Positions 38,292-48,540 of a DNA stretch of 64,000 nt are shown here, in pieces. The position numbers were made by a program, and so were the translations under genes. The stretch's first letter is position 1, and every line of letters starts with the position of its first letter. The notes beneath the pieces were generated by a model. The model worked only from the letters and a program-made list of their open reading frames with translations. It was not told the origin of the DNA and searched no databases. Origin of the DNA: Bdellovibrio sp. (lineage in GTDB: Bacteria > Bdellovibrionota > Bdellovibrionia > Bdellovibrionales > Bdellovibrionaceae); contig JAKFBS010000002.1 of the NCBI GenBank assembly GCA_036677065.1, forward strand, positions 544,001 through 608,000. Reading direction: 5' to 3'.

Positions 38292-39419
38292 TTAAGCTAC
38301 ACGTGCGGGTTTGACTGAATTCGACGGTGCAACTGTGTATTGATTGCGGCCTGAGTTTTTAGACTTATATAAAGCAGTATCTGAGCGTTTAACCCAGTCA
38401 GACGCGTTTTCACCTTGCAAGAGCTGGGCAATGCCCATAGACACGGTAAAGCGCACAACTGATTCGCCGTGCACGAACACTTCTGAACGAATGCGCTTTT
38501 GCACTTCTTCAGCGCGAATCAAGGCATGTTCGATCGCATGATTTGGCAGGATCACGACGAATTCTTCGCCACCGATACGAGACACCATTTCTGAGTCTTT
38601 ATGAAATACTGATTTTAAAATGCGAACACATTCTTTTAAGACGAAATCACCGATATCATGGCCATAGGCATCATTAATCTTTTTGAAGAAATCGATATCC
38701 ATGATGATAAGGCTTACTTGCATTGGATTCATGTTGTTTAGATGCACGTACTTTTTAACAGTGTCATCAAAGCTCTTGCGGTTGTGGGCTCCGGTTAGGT
38801 GATCTAGATTCAATGAAGTGTTGGCTTCTAACAGTTGTTTTTTGACCGTATCTAAATTCTTTTTCACCGACGTTAAACGTTTTTGGCGTGTTTCGTTTTT
38901 TGCGTTCTGATGCTCAACGTATAAATTAATAAATTGACGTGATTTTTTACGAAGTGTTTCAAGCGAGTTGGCTTCAACTGCTTCTTTTAAATCTTGCAGA
39001 TGCACGGCTAACTGATCATCTTTAGCTGAGTCATCATGAATGTCTTCAGACAACTGATCAGCTAAATCCCAAACAATGCGTTTAAAATCATCGAAGGTAT
39101 GCTGAATATAAGTTGATTCATCAACGCGGTAACTGGCAAAGAATAATCTGATTTCAGATAAAGTTTTTTCTACGTTTTTGGGATCGGCATCGACAAGACC
39201 TTTAGCCATCACGTCTAATTTTTCGCGCACTTTTCTGACCGAGTGTTTTTCCATATCGAAGAGATGTTTATTAAAAACATCCATGATGTAAAGTAATGTG
39301 GCTTTTTCTTCGGTGATCACCGGCATTTTTTTTGTCGGTGCTGAATCAACGCTAATCGAATCTGAATCTGCAAACGAGATATCTAACTGCTGCAATAATT
39401 TAACAACCCATTGTTTCAA
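38292..39419 (-). CDS. Diguanylate cyclase (GGDEF) with helical N-terminal domain
   Basis: DHLTGAHNR, DIDFFKKINDAYGHDIGD, RIGGEEF, KNSGRN; TTG start after GGAGG. Confidence 0.92.
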   Translation of the reverse strand: MKQWVVKLLQQLDISFADSDSISVDSAPTKKMPVITEEKATLLYIMDVFNKHLFDMEKHSVRKVREKLDVMAKGLVDADPKNVEKTLSEIRLFFASYRVDESTYIQHTFDDFKRIVWDLADQLSEDIHDDSAKDDQLAVHLQDLKEAVEANSLETLRKKSRQFINLYVEHQNAKNETRQKRLTSVKKNLDTVKKQLLEANTSLNLDHLTGAHNRKSFDDTVKKYVHLNNMNPMQVSLIIMDIDFFKKINDAYGHDIGDFVLKECVRILKSVFHKDSEMVSRIGGEEFVVILPNHAIEHALIRAEEVQKRIRSEVFVHGESVVRFTVSMGIAQLLQGENASDWVKRSDTALYKSKNSGRNQYTVAPSNSVKPARVA

Positions 39420-39443
39420 TGAAGCCTCCAACTGACATATTTC

Positions 39444-39471
39444 TTTTCGGCTTTTTGATGAATAATTTTTA
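39444..39471 (-). promoter_or_regulatory. Sigma28-type promoter for the GGDEF gene
   Basis: TAAA-N16-GCCGAAAA on the minus strand. Confidence 0.55.
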
Positions 39472-39537
39472 TGTTTTTTTTAAGCTTACTTGTCCCAATG
39501 TGAAACAAGACTAGGCGTTGATGTTGCTTACTAGCAA

Positions 39538-40785
39538 CTAGTTAAACAATAGTCTGCAAGATCCAGCACCGCCGTGGATCTTGACAGGTTCGTCGTCACT
39601 GCTCAGGCGCGTCGTTGCTTCGTTAACCAGAGTTTCAAGCTTACGCTGGTTTTTAAAAAGGATATTTGTCGCACGATTTGTTTCCAGCCACTGAATAACC
39701 TTATTAGACTTAATTAACGCCAATAACCCTATAGCTCCGCTTGCAACAATTGCAACAATCGGAGAATACCCATACACACCAGGCTGAAGCACCATTCCCA
39801 TGCTGGCAAGCTGGCTCATCACAATATTTCTAACGTCAGATAATCTTTTTAAAGTATTTTTAGCCACCGGGTTTTTTTCAGCATCAGCAGCAGCTAATAG
39901 CTCACCCCAGGCAAAACTTGCCAAGGTCGTAATCGCGGCAATTTTTAGTGATGTTGCCCAAAAAGGTGCACTCATCATGTTCGTCGCTAAGTCATGAAAA
40001 GACATAATCGAACCGCGCAAAACTTGAAAGCCCACACTGAAAGTTAGATTTGCTAAAAATTGTGAAGCTAAAACTTTACGAGCGTATGTTGCCGGCGTTT
40101 CTGTAACGTTAAAAACTCTGTTCGATAATTTATCCAATGTTTTCATAATGCGGTGGCGCAGAGGCACCGTCATCTTTGTCCACATATCGCGGTCTAACGC
40201 GAAAGCCGCGGCAAAAATCACATTCATCATCACCATCGCTGATTTTTGATAAACATCCATTGATCCAGAGTTGATCCAAATAAATGAATCAAAAGAAGTT
40301 GTAATGATCACAATCGATAGCCCAAGTTTATCATACTTCAGTGATTGCGAAACATTATGTTTATAATCTGCCCAGCCCGATGCTAATTTTTCTCGGCTCG
40401 AAGCTAATTTTCCGGTCGGCATGAAACGAAACATGCGGTCAGAACTTTTTTCAGTTTTCTGAATAGTCTCGGCGACAGCTTCATAAATTTCTGGCGTGTC
40501 TGTAGATAAAAGAATGTCAGCATTACGTGTTTCTTCACGCTGAAGTATCTCACTGATTTGCGAGGGATGTTCGATCGGAACTTCGGTATAGGAAAACTGA
40601 GATTTACCTTGCGGACCGTTGATATCCATCACCAGAGTTGCGGCATCTTTTGCTTTTGAATCCAGGTCTTCAGCGGCAGCTACGGCGCGATGGTGGTGTG
40701 GCAAATCCTGCGGTGTCGCTAATAGCGATACCACTTGGAAATAGACTAATATAAATGCCAAGACCGACTTTTTAAAACTCATCAA
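39538..40785 (-). CDS. Hypothetical signal-peptide-bearing multi-pass membrane protein
   Basis: Signal peptide, several hydrophobic helices, C-terminal SCRLLFN. Confidence 0.75.
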   Translation of the reverse strand: MMSFKKSVLAFILVYFQVVSLLATPQDLPHHHRAVAAAEDLDSKAKDAATLVMDINGPQGKSQFSYTEVPIEHPSQISEILQREETRNADILLSTDTPEIYEAVAETIQKTEKSSDRMFRFMPTGKLASSREKLASGWADYKHNVSQSLKYDKLGLSIVIITTSFDSFIWINSGSMDVYQKSAMVMMNVIFAAAFALDRDMWTKMTVPLRHRIMKTLDKLSNRVFNVTETPATYARKVLASQFLANLTFSVGFQVLRGSIMSFHDLATNMMSAPFWATSLKIAAITTLASFAWGELLAAADAEKNPVAKNTLKRLSDVRNIVMSQLASMGMVLQPGVYGYSPIVAIVASGAIGLLALIKSNKVIQWLETNRATNILFKNQRKLETLVNEATTRLSSDDEPVKIHGGAGSCRLLFN

Positions 40786-41013
40786 CGTTCCTTCGTTTTT
40801 CCAGTTTTTTGAAAGTGCACGGCTTGGACCGCTTTTTAACAGCCCTAAACCAATCTATTGCTTTTAATCGTGAGTTTTTCGTTAATGGCCGCAAATTAGC
40901 CGACGCCGTCTAATTATAAGACACTGGCGTAAAATAAAATTTATAAGTGCAAAATTGCCACTGGCCCTTTTTAGCAAGCCTTGGTAAAACCCAGCTCCAT
41001 CGGGGAGTTTTTT

Positions 41014-41328
41014 ATGAAACAAATCTTAGTTATCTTATCGACGTTATTATTATCATCTTTTGCGTTCTCGGCTGAAGAGCCACCTATCCAAGTGGTTTGC
41101 GTAGCTGAAGCTGTTAAAGCTGCAGAAGCGCTATTTACATTAAACAACAAAACAACTGAATTCACTTCGACAGTTGAACTTGTTGATATTGCTCATGTTC
41201 AAGAAGGTGGTTACGAAGTCTATGACGTGATCTTTACTTCTAAAGGAGTGCAACACTCACCTTACCGCGTAACTACAAACATTGATGCTTGTCTGGTTAT
41301 TAATTTCGAAATGCCATTTGCTGGTTAG
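41014..41328 (+). CDS. Small secreted protein
   Basis: GGGAG RBS; signal peptide AFS; two Cys. Confidence 0.75.
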   Translation: MKQILVILSTLLLSSFAFSAEEPPIQVVCVAEAVKAAEALFTLNNKTTEFTSTVELVDIAHVQEGGYEVYDVIFTSKGVQHSPYRVTTNIDACLVINFEMPFAG

Positions 41329-41342
41329 TTTTATTTTTAGAT

Positions 41343-41370
41343 TAATAGCTCTAAATTTTTAGAGCTATTA
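41343..41370 (+). terminator. Hairpin after small secreted gene
   Basis: TAATAGCTCTAAA-tt-TTTAGAGCTATTA. Confidence 0.55.
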
Positions 41371-41412
41371 ATTGTTCTCGACATCTCTTGCGCCCCACTT
41401 CAAAATATATCT

Positions 41413-41931
41413 ATGGCGCTTTCAACTTTAAAAGAATCGTTTAAATCTAAAAGTTTTCGTATCGGTATGAACTGGTACCCAATGTTTTTTGCAACGGGAG
41501 CTAAAGTTTTATTTTGGTCAGGCGACTGGAGCGAAGTTAAACTTCGCCTGACTTTAAATATCTGGACACGTAATTACGTAAAAACCATTTTCGGCGGTAG
41601 CATGTTTTCAGCGACTGATCCGTTTTATGTGATTATGTTTATGCACATGTTAGGTAAAGACTATGTCGTCTGGGATAAATCAGCTTCGATTAAATTTAAG
41701 CGACCAGCAAAAGATCCGCTATATGCCCTATTTAAAATTACTCCTGAAGTGCTAGAAAAAGTAAAAGCTGAAGTTAAAGCCGGCCATGAGACAACTTATA
41801 TCGCGCATATTCAATGGCTAGATAAAAAACAAAACGTGTACGCAGAACTGGAACGCACTATTTATATAGCCGATAAAAAATTCTATAAAGAAAAATTAGA
41901 AAAAAGAAAACTGGCTAAAGAGGGCTCTTAA
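41413..41931 (+). CDS. DUF4442/PaaI-type hot-dog thioesterase
   Basis: TRNYVKTIFGGSMFSATDPFY, VVWDKSASIKFKRP. Confidence 0.85.
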   Translation: MALSTLKESFKSKSFRIGMNWYPMFFATGAKVLFWSGDWSEVKLRLTLNIWTRNYVKTIFGGSMFSATDPFYVIMFMHMLGKDYVVWDKSASIKFKRPAKDPLYALFKITPEVLEKVKAEVKAGHETTYIAHIQWLDKKQNVYAELERTIYIADKKFYKEKLEKRKLAKEGS

Positions 41932-42389
41932 AGCCCTTTTGCGAAATCTACATTCGTTAAATCGATACTGCAACTTGTAACATTCAAATAAAAATACTTT
42001 TCAACCCACTTATCAGCTTGTGGATCATAGTATTTTTTAAAGCGGCGAAGATAACCAACCCCTGATTCGCGGTGCCACTTCATCATGCCCATACCTTTTT
42101 TACCGTTACGGTATTTCAGCCACTGAATGCCTTCATCTGACCACGGCCAAATATATGATCTAACCATATCAATTTGTGATTCAGTTTGTTCAGTGACTTT
42201 CTGGCAAGACTCGTTGAAGAATTCAAAACTCATTAAGCGGTCATCACCTGTTACATTCGTATTTTGATAAACACTAACAACACCTGGCTGCTTTGATTCT
42301 TCGCTTTGATAGCGACAAGAGCCTAAGTATTCATGAGTGGTTGGGCTTTGAGAAAAACATTGAAACAAGATTGGTAATAAAATATTCAT
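41928..42389 (-). CDS. Hypothetical protein
   Basis: 153-aa ORF translationally coupled (ATGA overlap) to the rhomboid gene. Confidence 0.65.
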   Translation of the reverse strand: MNILLPILFQCFSQSPTTHEYLGSCRYQSEESKQPGVVSVYQNTNVTGDDRLMSFEFFNESCQKVTEQTESQIDMVRSYIWPWSDEGIQWLKYRNGKKGMGMMKWHRESGVGYLRRFKKYYDPQADKWVEKYFYLNVTSCSIDLTNVDFAKGL

Positions 42390-43051
42390 GCATCGAATTC
42401 TAGTTCCTGTTCAACAACTTCTGCAGCTAAAAAGTTTTTTCGATGAAGTGCATAATAAATCAATCCAGTGATGATTCCTAAGCCAAAACCGATCACATGA
42501 CTGATGTAACTAATACCTTCTTTGTACTCTTGCGGCGCGAATAAAACAAAGCTTGAAAGTATACTTACAGCAAAACGTTTACGTAAACTTGATCTGCGAT
42601 CGATTAAGAAAAAAAGTGTTAACCACAGTGAACCCATCCAGTTCACTAATCCCGAAATGCCTAAAAGTTGTGTCTGCATGGGCATCGTCATTAAAGTTAG
42701 AGCATTAATGACTCCACCCAATAAAAATCCCAACATTGGAAAAAGTGAAACGCTAAAATAGCCCGTCAGTAAAAATGCAAACGGCACAAATAAAAATAAA
42801 TTTCCGAAGAGATGTCCAAGGTCACCGTGAGCAAAAAGTGCTGACCATAATCGCCAATACTCTTTTTTTGAAAAGACTAATTCACGTGACGCTGAAAAAC
42901 TTAACTGACTTGAGCTCCAGTCGATAAGACACAGCCCTAAAACCAAGATCAGCAGAAGTCCCGTCACCATAAAGCTAAAGTGCCGTACTTTACGAGTGTA
43001 CCAATTAGCAATTATGCGGGGAGGTTCAACCTTGTAGGCTGCGTTTTCCAT
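42386..43051 (-). CDS. Rhomboid intramembrane serine protease
   Basis: YWRL, HGDLGHLFGN, GISG, SHVIG. Confidence 0.88.
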   Translation of the reverse strand: MENAAYKVEPPRIIANWYTRKVRHFSFMVTGLLLILVLGLCLIDWSSSQLSFSASRELVFSKKEYWRLWSALFAHGDLGHLFGNLFLFVPFAFLLTGYFSVSLFPMLGFLLGGVINALTLMTMPMQTQLLGISGLVNWMGSLWLTLFFLIDRRSSLRKRFAVSILSSFVLFAPQEYKEGISYISHVIGFGLGIITGLIYYALHRKNFLAAEVVEQELEFDA

Positions 43052-43094
43052 AGTTTAAAGATGAGACGTTTTATACTGTTGGCAAGGCTTGATG

Positions 43095-43111
43095 TTGGCG
43101 CAGGTGTTGCT
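43095..43111 (+). promoter_or_regulatory. Sigma54 (-24/-12) promoter
   Basis: TTGGCGCAGGTGTTGCT matches TGGC-N7-TTGCW. Confidence 0.7.
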
Positions 43112-43165
43112 TTTATATAAAAGTAACGGCACAGAAGAATTAAAGCCCTACAAGGAGTTACCTCT

Positions 43166-44602
43166 ATGAACGCAAAATTGTCAGTCTCAGCCTTAATAGT
43201 ACTTGTTGTATCTTTACCAGCCTTATGTGGCCAGCCCCGTGGGCAGGTTTTTTCATTTAAAAGCCCCTTAGGACAAACTGAACAATGTATCAATTTAGAT
43301 CATATTCCTGGTGGCACTTTTTCTAAAAAAGATTTAAAAAAAGAATCTGAACTGTGCGCCTTAGATTTTTATGCACCTGCAATTGCTCTATGCCCAAAAA
43401 CTTGGGGCACATCTCCGGCTCTAATTCTTTACCCTAACGATTCTGGAATGCCTGCAGAAAATTTTGAGGCCAAAAACTGTCTTAAAGGTGATGAACCTAA
43501 AGGCACAGAAATTCCTATCGAAAAAATTGCCAAAATTAAATTTTCTATGAACGATGCTTCAACAAGCGCCACTTATTCACGGGCGTCGTTTTTATATTAC
43601 CAGTTAGCACGCTATTTTGATGTGTCAGTAGATGTACCTGTATCAGTTTACCGCTCGATGGATAAAGCGGTTCATTACAATAGAATTACTTCAAAAGTAA
43701 AAGACAACGGCAAAAAAAATGGAGCAGCCTGGAAAATTTTTGCCCAAGCAGAAAAAAATCCTTCCAGCTATAAATTTACTGATGAGTTATTTACTGATGA
43801 TCGTCAGCAAATTTTTGGTGCGCTACTTGATGGTGGCGGCGATAAATACACGACTGACTTTAATGGCCTGCGCAGCAAGTGGGGTTTAGTGCAAACACAG
43901 GAATTTATGAACACGGCGCCGTTTCAGGCCTTACGTTCTGAATTAAATTTACAACAAGCCATCACTCAAGGTGAAAAACTAGCGCGCGCAAATTCTAGAA
44001 TGAACGCAGACTTAGGCAGTGCGCTTTCACCCGCGCAAATGATCACATGGATGAAAGAAATTTCTGAAATTACTTTATTAGACCACTTATCAGGTCAACA
44101 GGACCGCGTCGGCAATATTCATTACAAATGGCACTGGGTTTGGGTGCAAAATGGCCTTGTTGAATCTAAAAAAGCTGATCTCAAAGATCAACCGCGCCCG
44201 AATGTGATTGGTAAAATCAAGCCTCCGGCAGAGCTTGCGGCATTTAACCCGATCTTAATTCAAAAAACTAAAATTGTTGATAATGATGCGGCACTAAAAA
44301 CAAATTATAAAAGTTTTGGTAAAGTGGCTGGGCATTTAGTTTCGTTACGCCATTACAATGCTAAAATTTATCAAAAACTAATGGCACTTGATCGTGATTT
44401 TAAAGCTAAAGGCCCAATCTACAGTTATATGGCAAACACCTTTAACTTATCTACAGCTGAAATTGCGCAGTTGGTAGCAAATACACAAGATGCTGGCAAC
44501 ATCTTAAGATCAACGTGTAAAGCCGGTAAATTGCAATTTGATTTAAAACCAGAAAAATTTATTCTAGGCCAACCAACGACTGACACGGTTTCTTGCGATT
44601 AG
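43166..44602 (+). CDS. Exported protein with atypical protein-kinase-like motifs
   Basis: AGGAG RBS; signal peptide; [33 protein letters not shown]. Confidence 0.6.
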   Translation: MNAKLSVSALIVLVVSLPALCGQPRGQVFSFKSPLGQTEQCINLDHIPGGTFSKKDLKKESELCALDFYAPAIALCPKTWGTSPALILYPNDSGMPAENFEAKNCLKGDEPKGTEIPIEKIAKIKFSMNDASTSATYSRASFLYYQLARYFDVSVDVPVSVYRSMDKAVHYNRITSKVKDNGKKNGAAWKIFAQAEKNPSSYKFTDELFTDDRQQIFGALLDGGGDKYTTDFNGLRSKWGLVQTQEFMNTAPFQALRSELNLQQAITQGEKLARANSRMNADLGSALSPAQMITWMKEISEITLLDHLSGQQDRVGNIHYKWHWVWVQNGLVESKKADLKDQPRPNVIGKIKPPAELAAFNPILIQKTKIVDNDAALKTNYKSFGKVAGHLVSLRHYNAKIYQKLMALDRDFKAKGPIYSYMANTFNLSTAEIAQLVANTQDAGNILRSTCKAGKLQFDLKPEKFILGQPTTDTVSCD

Positions 44603-44645
44603 GCCAAGACTTGACTTAAGCGGGCCTAGCAAGCCACGCTTAGTT

Positions 44646-46112
44646 ATGAGCGATTTTTATCAAAACGGACCAGAACTTTCGAACACATTTACCTCTGATA
44701 ATTACTTAAAAACATTTTTCGAAAAAAATGTTCCCAAAGAGTATCATAAATCTATTTTTGAACATTTAACTCATGTGGGGAACGAAGCCAGCAGCACTTG
44801 GCTTGAGTGGGCTGCAAATGCAGAAAGTCATCCGCCAAAACATGTGCCCTATTCGCCTTGGGGTAAACGCATTGATGTGATTGAAACTTCTGACGGCTGG
44901 AAAAATTTAGAAAAAGCCGCAGCCACCGAAGGTATCGTAGCGACAGCATTTGAGCGTAAACAAAAAGAATTTTCGCGCTATTACCAGATGGCTTTATTAT
45001 ACCTTTATTCACCTTCGAGTGCTTTTTATTCTTGTCCGCTGGCGATGACTGATGGCGCAGCCCGTGCACTTGAACTGTATGGTGATCCGGATTTAAAAGA
45101 TAAAGCTTTTAAAAATTTAACTTCACGTGACCCGAAAACTTTTTGGACCTCAGGCCAATGGATGACCGAACGCACTGGTGGCTCTGATGTCAGTATGACC
45201 AGCACTGTCGCTAAAAAACTGGATGCGAAAAACTTTACCTTATCAGGAACCAAGTGGTTCACATCGGCTACAACTTCACAAATGACTTTAACTTTAGCCC
45301 GCCCTGAAGGTGCCGCTGAAGGCAATAAAGGTTTATCACTATTTTACTTAGAATTACGTGACCAGAAAAATCAGTTAAATAATATCGAAGTGCACAGACT
45401 AAAAGATAAACTTGGAACCAAAGCCCTACCGACGGCTGAATTAACATTGCACGCAACTCCGGCGCGCCTTATTGGCGGTGAAGGTGACGGCGTAAAAAAA
45501 ATTGCCAGCGTTTTAAATATCACGCGCGTTTACAATTCAATCTGTGCGCTTGGCCATTCACGCCGTGCCCTAGATTTAGCGTGGGATTACGCGAAAAAAC
45601 GCAAAGCTTTTGGCGCAGCTATTATTGATCACCCGTTACATAAATTAACTTTGCAGCGTTTAGAAGATGATTTTAAAAAATGTTTTGATCTGACATTTTT
45701 TGTTGTTGGCTTATTAGGTAAAGAAGAATGTGGCACAGCTACTGAGTTAGATAAAAAATTATTACGTGCTCTGACTCCGATCTTAAAACTATATACCGCT
45801 AAAAAATCGATTCTGATTTCAAGTGAGGTTTTAGAGTCTTTTGGCGGAGCCGGATATATCGAAGACACAGGACTTCCGCGCTTGCTGCGTGATGCCCAGG
45901 TGTTTGCCATCTGGGAAGGTACGACAAATGTGCTTGCGATGGATTTCTTACGCGTTTGCGAAAAAGAAGACGGTGTTGCAGCTTTAGGTGAATTTTTGAA
46001 GAAAAAAGGTTCAACTAAAGTCGGACTTTTAATGGATCCAAAATGGAAAGACACGGCTAATGCGCGCGATTTAGTTTTTTTAGTCGCAGAGCTGGTGGCC
46101 GAAGTTTTATAA
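44646..46112 (+). CDS. Acyl-CoA dehydrogenase (AidB/ACAD11-like)
   Basis: [50 protein letters not shown]. Confidence 0.92.
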   Translation: MSDFYQNGPELSNTFTSDNYLKTFFEKNVPKEYHKSIFEHLTHVGNEASSTWLEWAANAESHPPKHVPYSPWGKRIDVIETSDGWKNLEKAAATEGIVATAFERKQKEFSRYYQMALLYLYSPSSAFYSCPLAMTDGAARALELYGDPDLKDKAFKNLTSRDPKTFWTSGQWMTERTGGSDVSMTSTVAKKLDAKNFTLSGTKWFTSATTSQMTLTLARPEGAAEGNKGLSLFYLELRDQKNQLNNIEVHRLKDKLGTKALPTAELTLHATPARLIGGEGDGVKKIASVLNITRVYNSICALGHSRRALDLAWDYAKKRKAFGAAIIDHPLHKLTLQRLEDDFKKCFDLTFFVVGLLGKEECGTATELDKKLLRALTPILKLYTAKKSILISSEVLESFGGAGYIEDTGLPRLLRDAQVFAIWEGTTNVLAMDFLRVCEKEDGVAALGEFLKKKGSTKVGLLMDPKWKDTANARDLVFLVAELVAEVL

Positions 46113-46113
46113 A

Positions 46114-47151
46114 TTAATCAATCACAAGCACAATTTTACCCACGGTTGTGCCTGATTCAAGTGCTTTGTGCGCTAAGCCCACTTCACTAAATTTAAACGT
46201 TGTGGTTTTAAGCGGTTTAATTTTTTTCTCGAGAGCTAAGCGCATAAGATCAGTCATGGCTTCGATAGCTAAATCTTGGCGCGCAAATAAGAACGATAAA
46301 TTAAATCCAATCACCGCTTTATTATCAGTGATTAATTGCAGCGGGCTAAACCGCGGCGATTTGATTAATCCAACTAAGGCTTTGAAATAATTAACTCGTC
46401 CAGAGCCGGCTTTGGGCATCAATGAATGAGCACCGTAAGTTATAATTTTTCCGACCGCACGCAAATGGTTGTAACCATCTTTTAGTGTCGTGTACCCGTT
46501 CGCATCAAAAATAACGTCATAACCATCAGGACAAACTTTTTTCGCCTCAATCCACAAATCTTGGTTAGATTTATCGATGACAAAATCAGCGCCAAGATTT
46601 TTCACATCCTGAACTTTATGCGAAGACCCCACGACACCTGTCACTTTGAAGCTAAAAGCTTTTGCGAGTTGCACCAGCGCTGAACCTACCCCGCCGGCTG
46701 CTGAATGCACTAACACGTGCGAACCTGGATATATTTTTACTAGTTGAAAAAGGGCATGATAAGCCGTAAAAAAAACTGTCGGAAAACCAGCGGCCTCGAT
46801 TAAAGAAAATCCGGCTGGTATGTGAAACAATTGATTTTCTTTCACTTTAACTTCTGAAGCGTAAGCGTTGAATAAAGTGATGCCGACGACTTCATCACCG
46901 ACTTTAAAACGGGATACATTCTTACCTATTGATTTAACAATACCAGAAAATTCAAACCCAGGTGTTATTGGCCAGCCAACATATTTTTTTGCCGATTCAT
47001 AAACACCAAAACGAACCAAGCAATCCGCATAATTCACACCAACAGCTTTCACATCGACGATGATTGAATTATCGCTTAGTGATAAATCCGGAAAATTTTG
47101 AATCATTAATTTGTCGTAACCACCAGGACTTGGAATAACTACTTTTTTCAA
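46114..47151 (-). CDS. MDR-family NADPH:quinone oxidoreductase (VAT-1-like)
   Basis: GVNYAD, PGFEFSG, VHSAAGGVG, TVGKIVL. Confidence 0.88.
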   Translation of the reverse strand: MKKVVIPSPGGYDKLMIQNFPDLSLSDNSIIVDVKAVGVNYADCLVRFGVYESAKKYVGWPITPGFEFSGIVKSIGKNVSRFKVGDEVVGITLFNAYASEVKVKENQLFHIPAGFSLIEAAGFPTVFFTAYHALFQLVKIYPGSHVLVHSAAGGVGSALVQLAKAFSFKVTGVVGSSHKVQDVKNLGADFVIDKSNQDLWIEAKKVCPDGYDVIFDANGYTTLKDGYNHLRAVGKIITYGAHSLMPKAGSGRVNYFKALVGLIKSPRFSPLQLITDNKAVIGFNLSFLFARQDLAIEAMTDLMRLALEKKIKPLKTTTFKFSEVGLAHKALESGTTVGKIVLVID

Positions 47152-47153
47152 TT

Positions 47154-47672
47154 TTAAAACGCAATCCAGATAACAAAATAAGGATCAATGCGATCATCAA
47201 TGTATGCAGGATCTAAATCGATGCCATTCACTTTAGTGTATTTAAAAGTTTTTTTACTTAACTGTGGTGCGATTGAAATTTTATCTAAGGCGAAACGAAA
47301 ACCAACATCTAATTGGGTGCCTGTTCCTTCAAACCCCCCAGTCATTGTCGGATTAATAAAGTATGTTCCTAAAAAGTAAAACCCTTGGGTTTTGCTTTTC
47401 ATGTAACCTACCGTTGGACCAATGCCTGTTCGACTTAAAGTTTGCGTAGACTGATCGTATTTTTCAGAACCATACATGCCGCCTAAAGAAAATCCATTAT
47501 TAAATAAGTGCCCGGCTCCGAAATCGATTAAAGTTCGGGAAGTCTCAACGGCTGAACCTTCAGAACCAATTTTATCGCTCATATACATAAAGGCGATGCG
47601 GGTATAACCGCCAGCTAAAGCATTAACTGGAATTAAGAATAACGAGACTAATAATAGATTTTTAAAAGACAT
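47154..47672 (-). CDS. Small outer-membrane beta-barrel protein
   Basis: Signal peptide ALA, alternating beta strands, terminal PYFVIWIAF. Confidence 0.72.
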   Translation of the reverse strand: MSFKNLLLVSLFLIPVNALAGGYTRIAFMYMSDKIGSEGSAVETSRTLIDFGAGHLFNNGFSLGGMYGSEKYDQSTQTLSRTGIGPTVGYMKSKTQGFYFLGTYFINPTMTGGFEGTGTQLDVGFRFALDKISIAPQLSKKTFKYTKVNGIDLDPAYIDDRIDPYFVIWIAF

Positions 47673-47691
47673 TTAAAAATTGTATGCAATT

Positions 47692-48426
47692 TTATTTAAT
47701 AAACAAGCTGTAAATAGCCATTAATATCATCACTAGGTTTTCAGCGACTGTAACCCACGATAGCGGAAGGTTAAAACCAGCCCCTAAACACGCACATTGA
47801 ATCTGATTTTTAGCGGTAATAGTTCTGATTACTCCAATAGTCGTAGCACTTAAGACCAAGATAGTTAAAAAATTAGCCCAGATCATACCAAGTCCAGATA
47901 TAAACATCAGCCCTAAAGCTAATTCGATAAAAGGATATAATTTTCCATATCCGCGCAGCGTTTTTGCGATGGGGTCATACTGGGAAAAAGCTGTGCTGAA
48001 AGCTTGCAGATTTAAAAATTTAAAAAAGGATAAGCCAATAAAAAAACCAGCCATCAAATGGCGCATAAAAACAGGGCCAGAAAATTGAGACTGGCTGATT
48101 TGATACGCTAAACTTACAAGTACGATAAAGATAAAAACCACAATCAATGGCTTATAAGTTTTTACAAACGAGTCTTTTATCTGAACGTCTGAAGTATCAT
48201 CACTTTGATTTTCATCGTAGTAATCCGCAGAATACTTTGGCAGGTCTTCTAAAGCCATCCGAAGTTGCAATAATGAAATAGGCTCGACAGAATCGATATC
48301 AATTTTTTTAGTATTAAGATCAACATTGACCGAAGCGACACCAGGCAAATGAGCCACTTTTTGCGTGATTTTTTCTACGCAAGAATTACAAGTCATGCCG
48401 TTAATTTTATAGGTTTGCATCGTCAT
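47692..48426 (-). CDS. Heavy-metal-associated (HMA) domain fused to MauE/DoxX-like membrane domain
   Basis: GMTCNSC; FSFFK-like motif, YPFIELALG, CACLG. Confidence 0.85.
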   Translation of the reverse strand: MTMQTYKINGMTCNSCVEKITQKVAHLPGVASVNVDLNTKKIDIDSVEPISLLQLRMALEDLPKYSADYYDENQSDDTSDVQIKDSFVKTYKPLIVVFIFIVLVSLAYQISQSQFSGPVFMRHLMAGFFIGLSFFKFLNLQAFSTAFSQYDPIAKTLRGYGKLYPFIELALGLMFISGLGMIWANFLTILVLSATTIGVIRTITAKNQIQCACLGAGFNLPLSWVTVAENLVMILMAIYSLFIK

Positions 48427-48504
48427 ACCCTAATACTAGGATACATGGATGAAATCTGTGACAAAATAATTTAATTTAAACAGGACATCGTTTTTTACAT
48501 TTGA

Positions 48505-48532
48505 TTGACAAATTATTAGGCGATCTTATACA
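48505..48532 (+). promoter_or_regulatory. Sigma70-like promoter immediately before desaturase ATG (leaderless-like)
   Basis: TTGACA-N16-TATACA, 8 nt before ATG, no SD. Confidence 0.5.
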
Positions 48533-48540
48533 AGGGCCCT

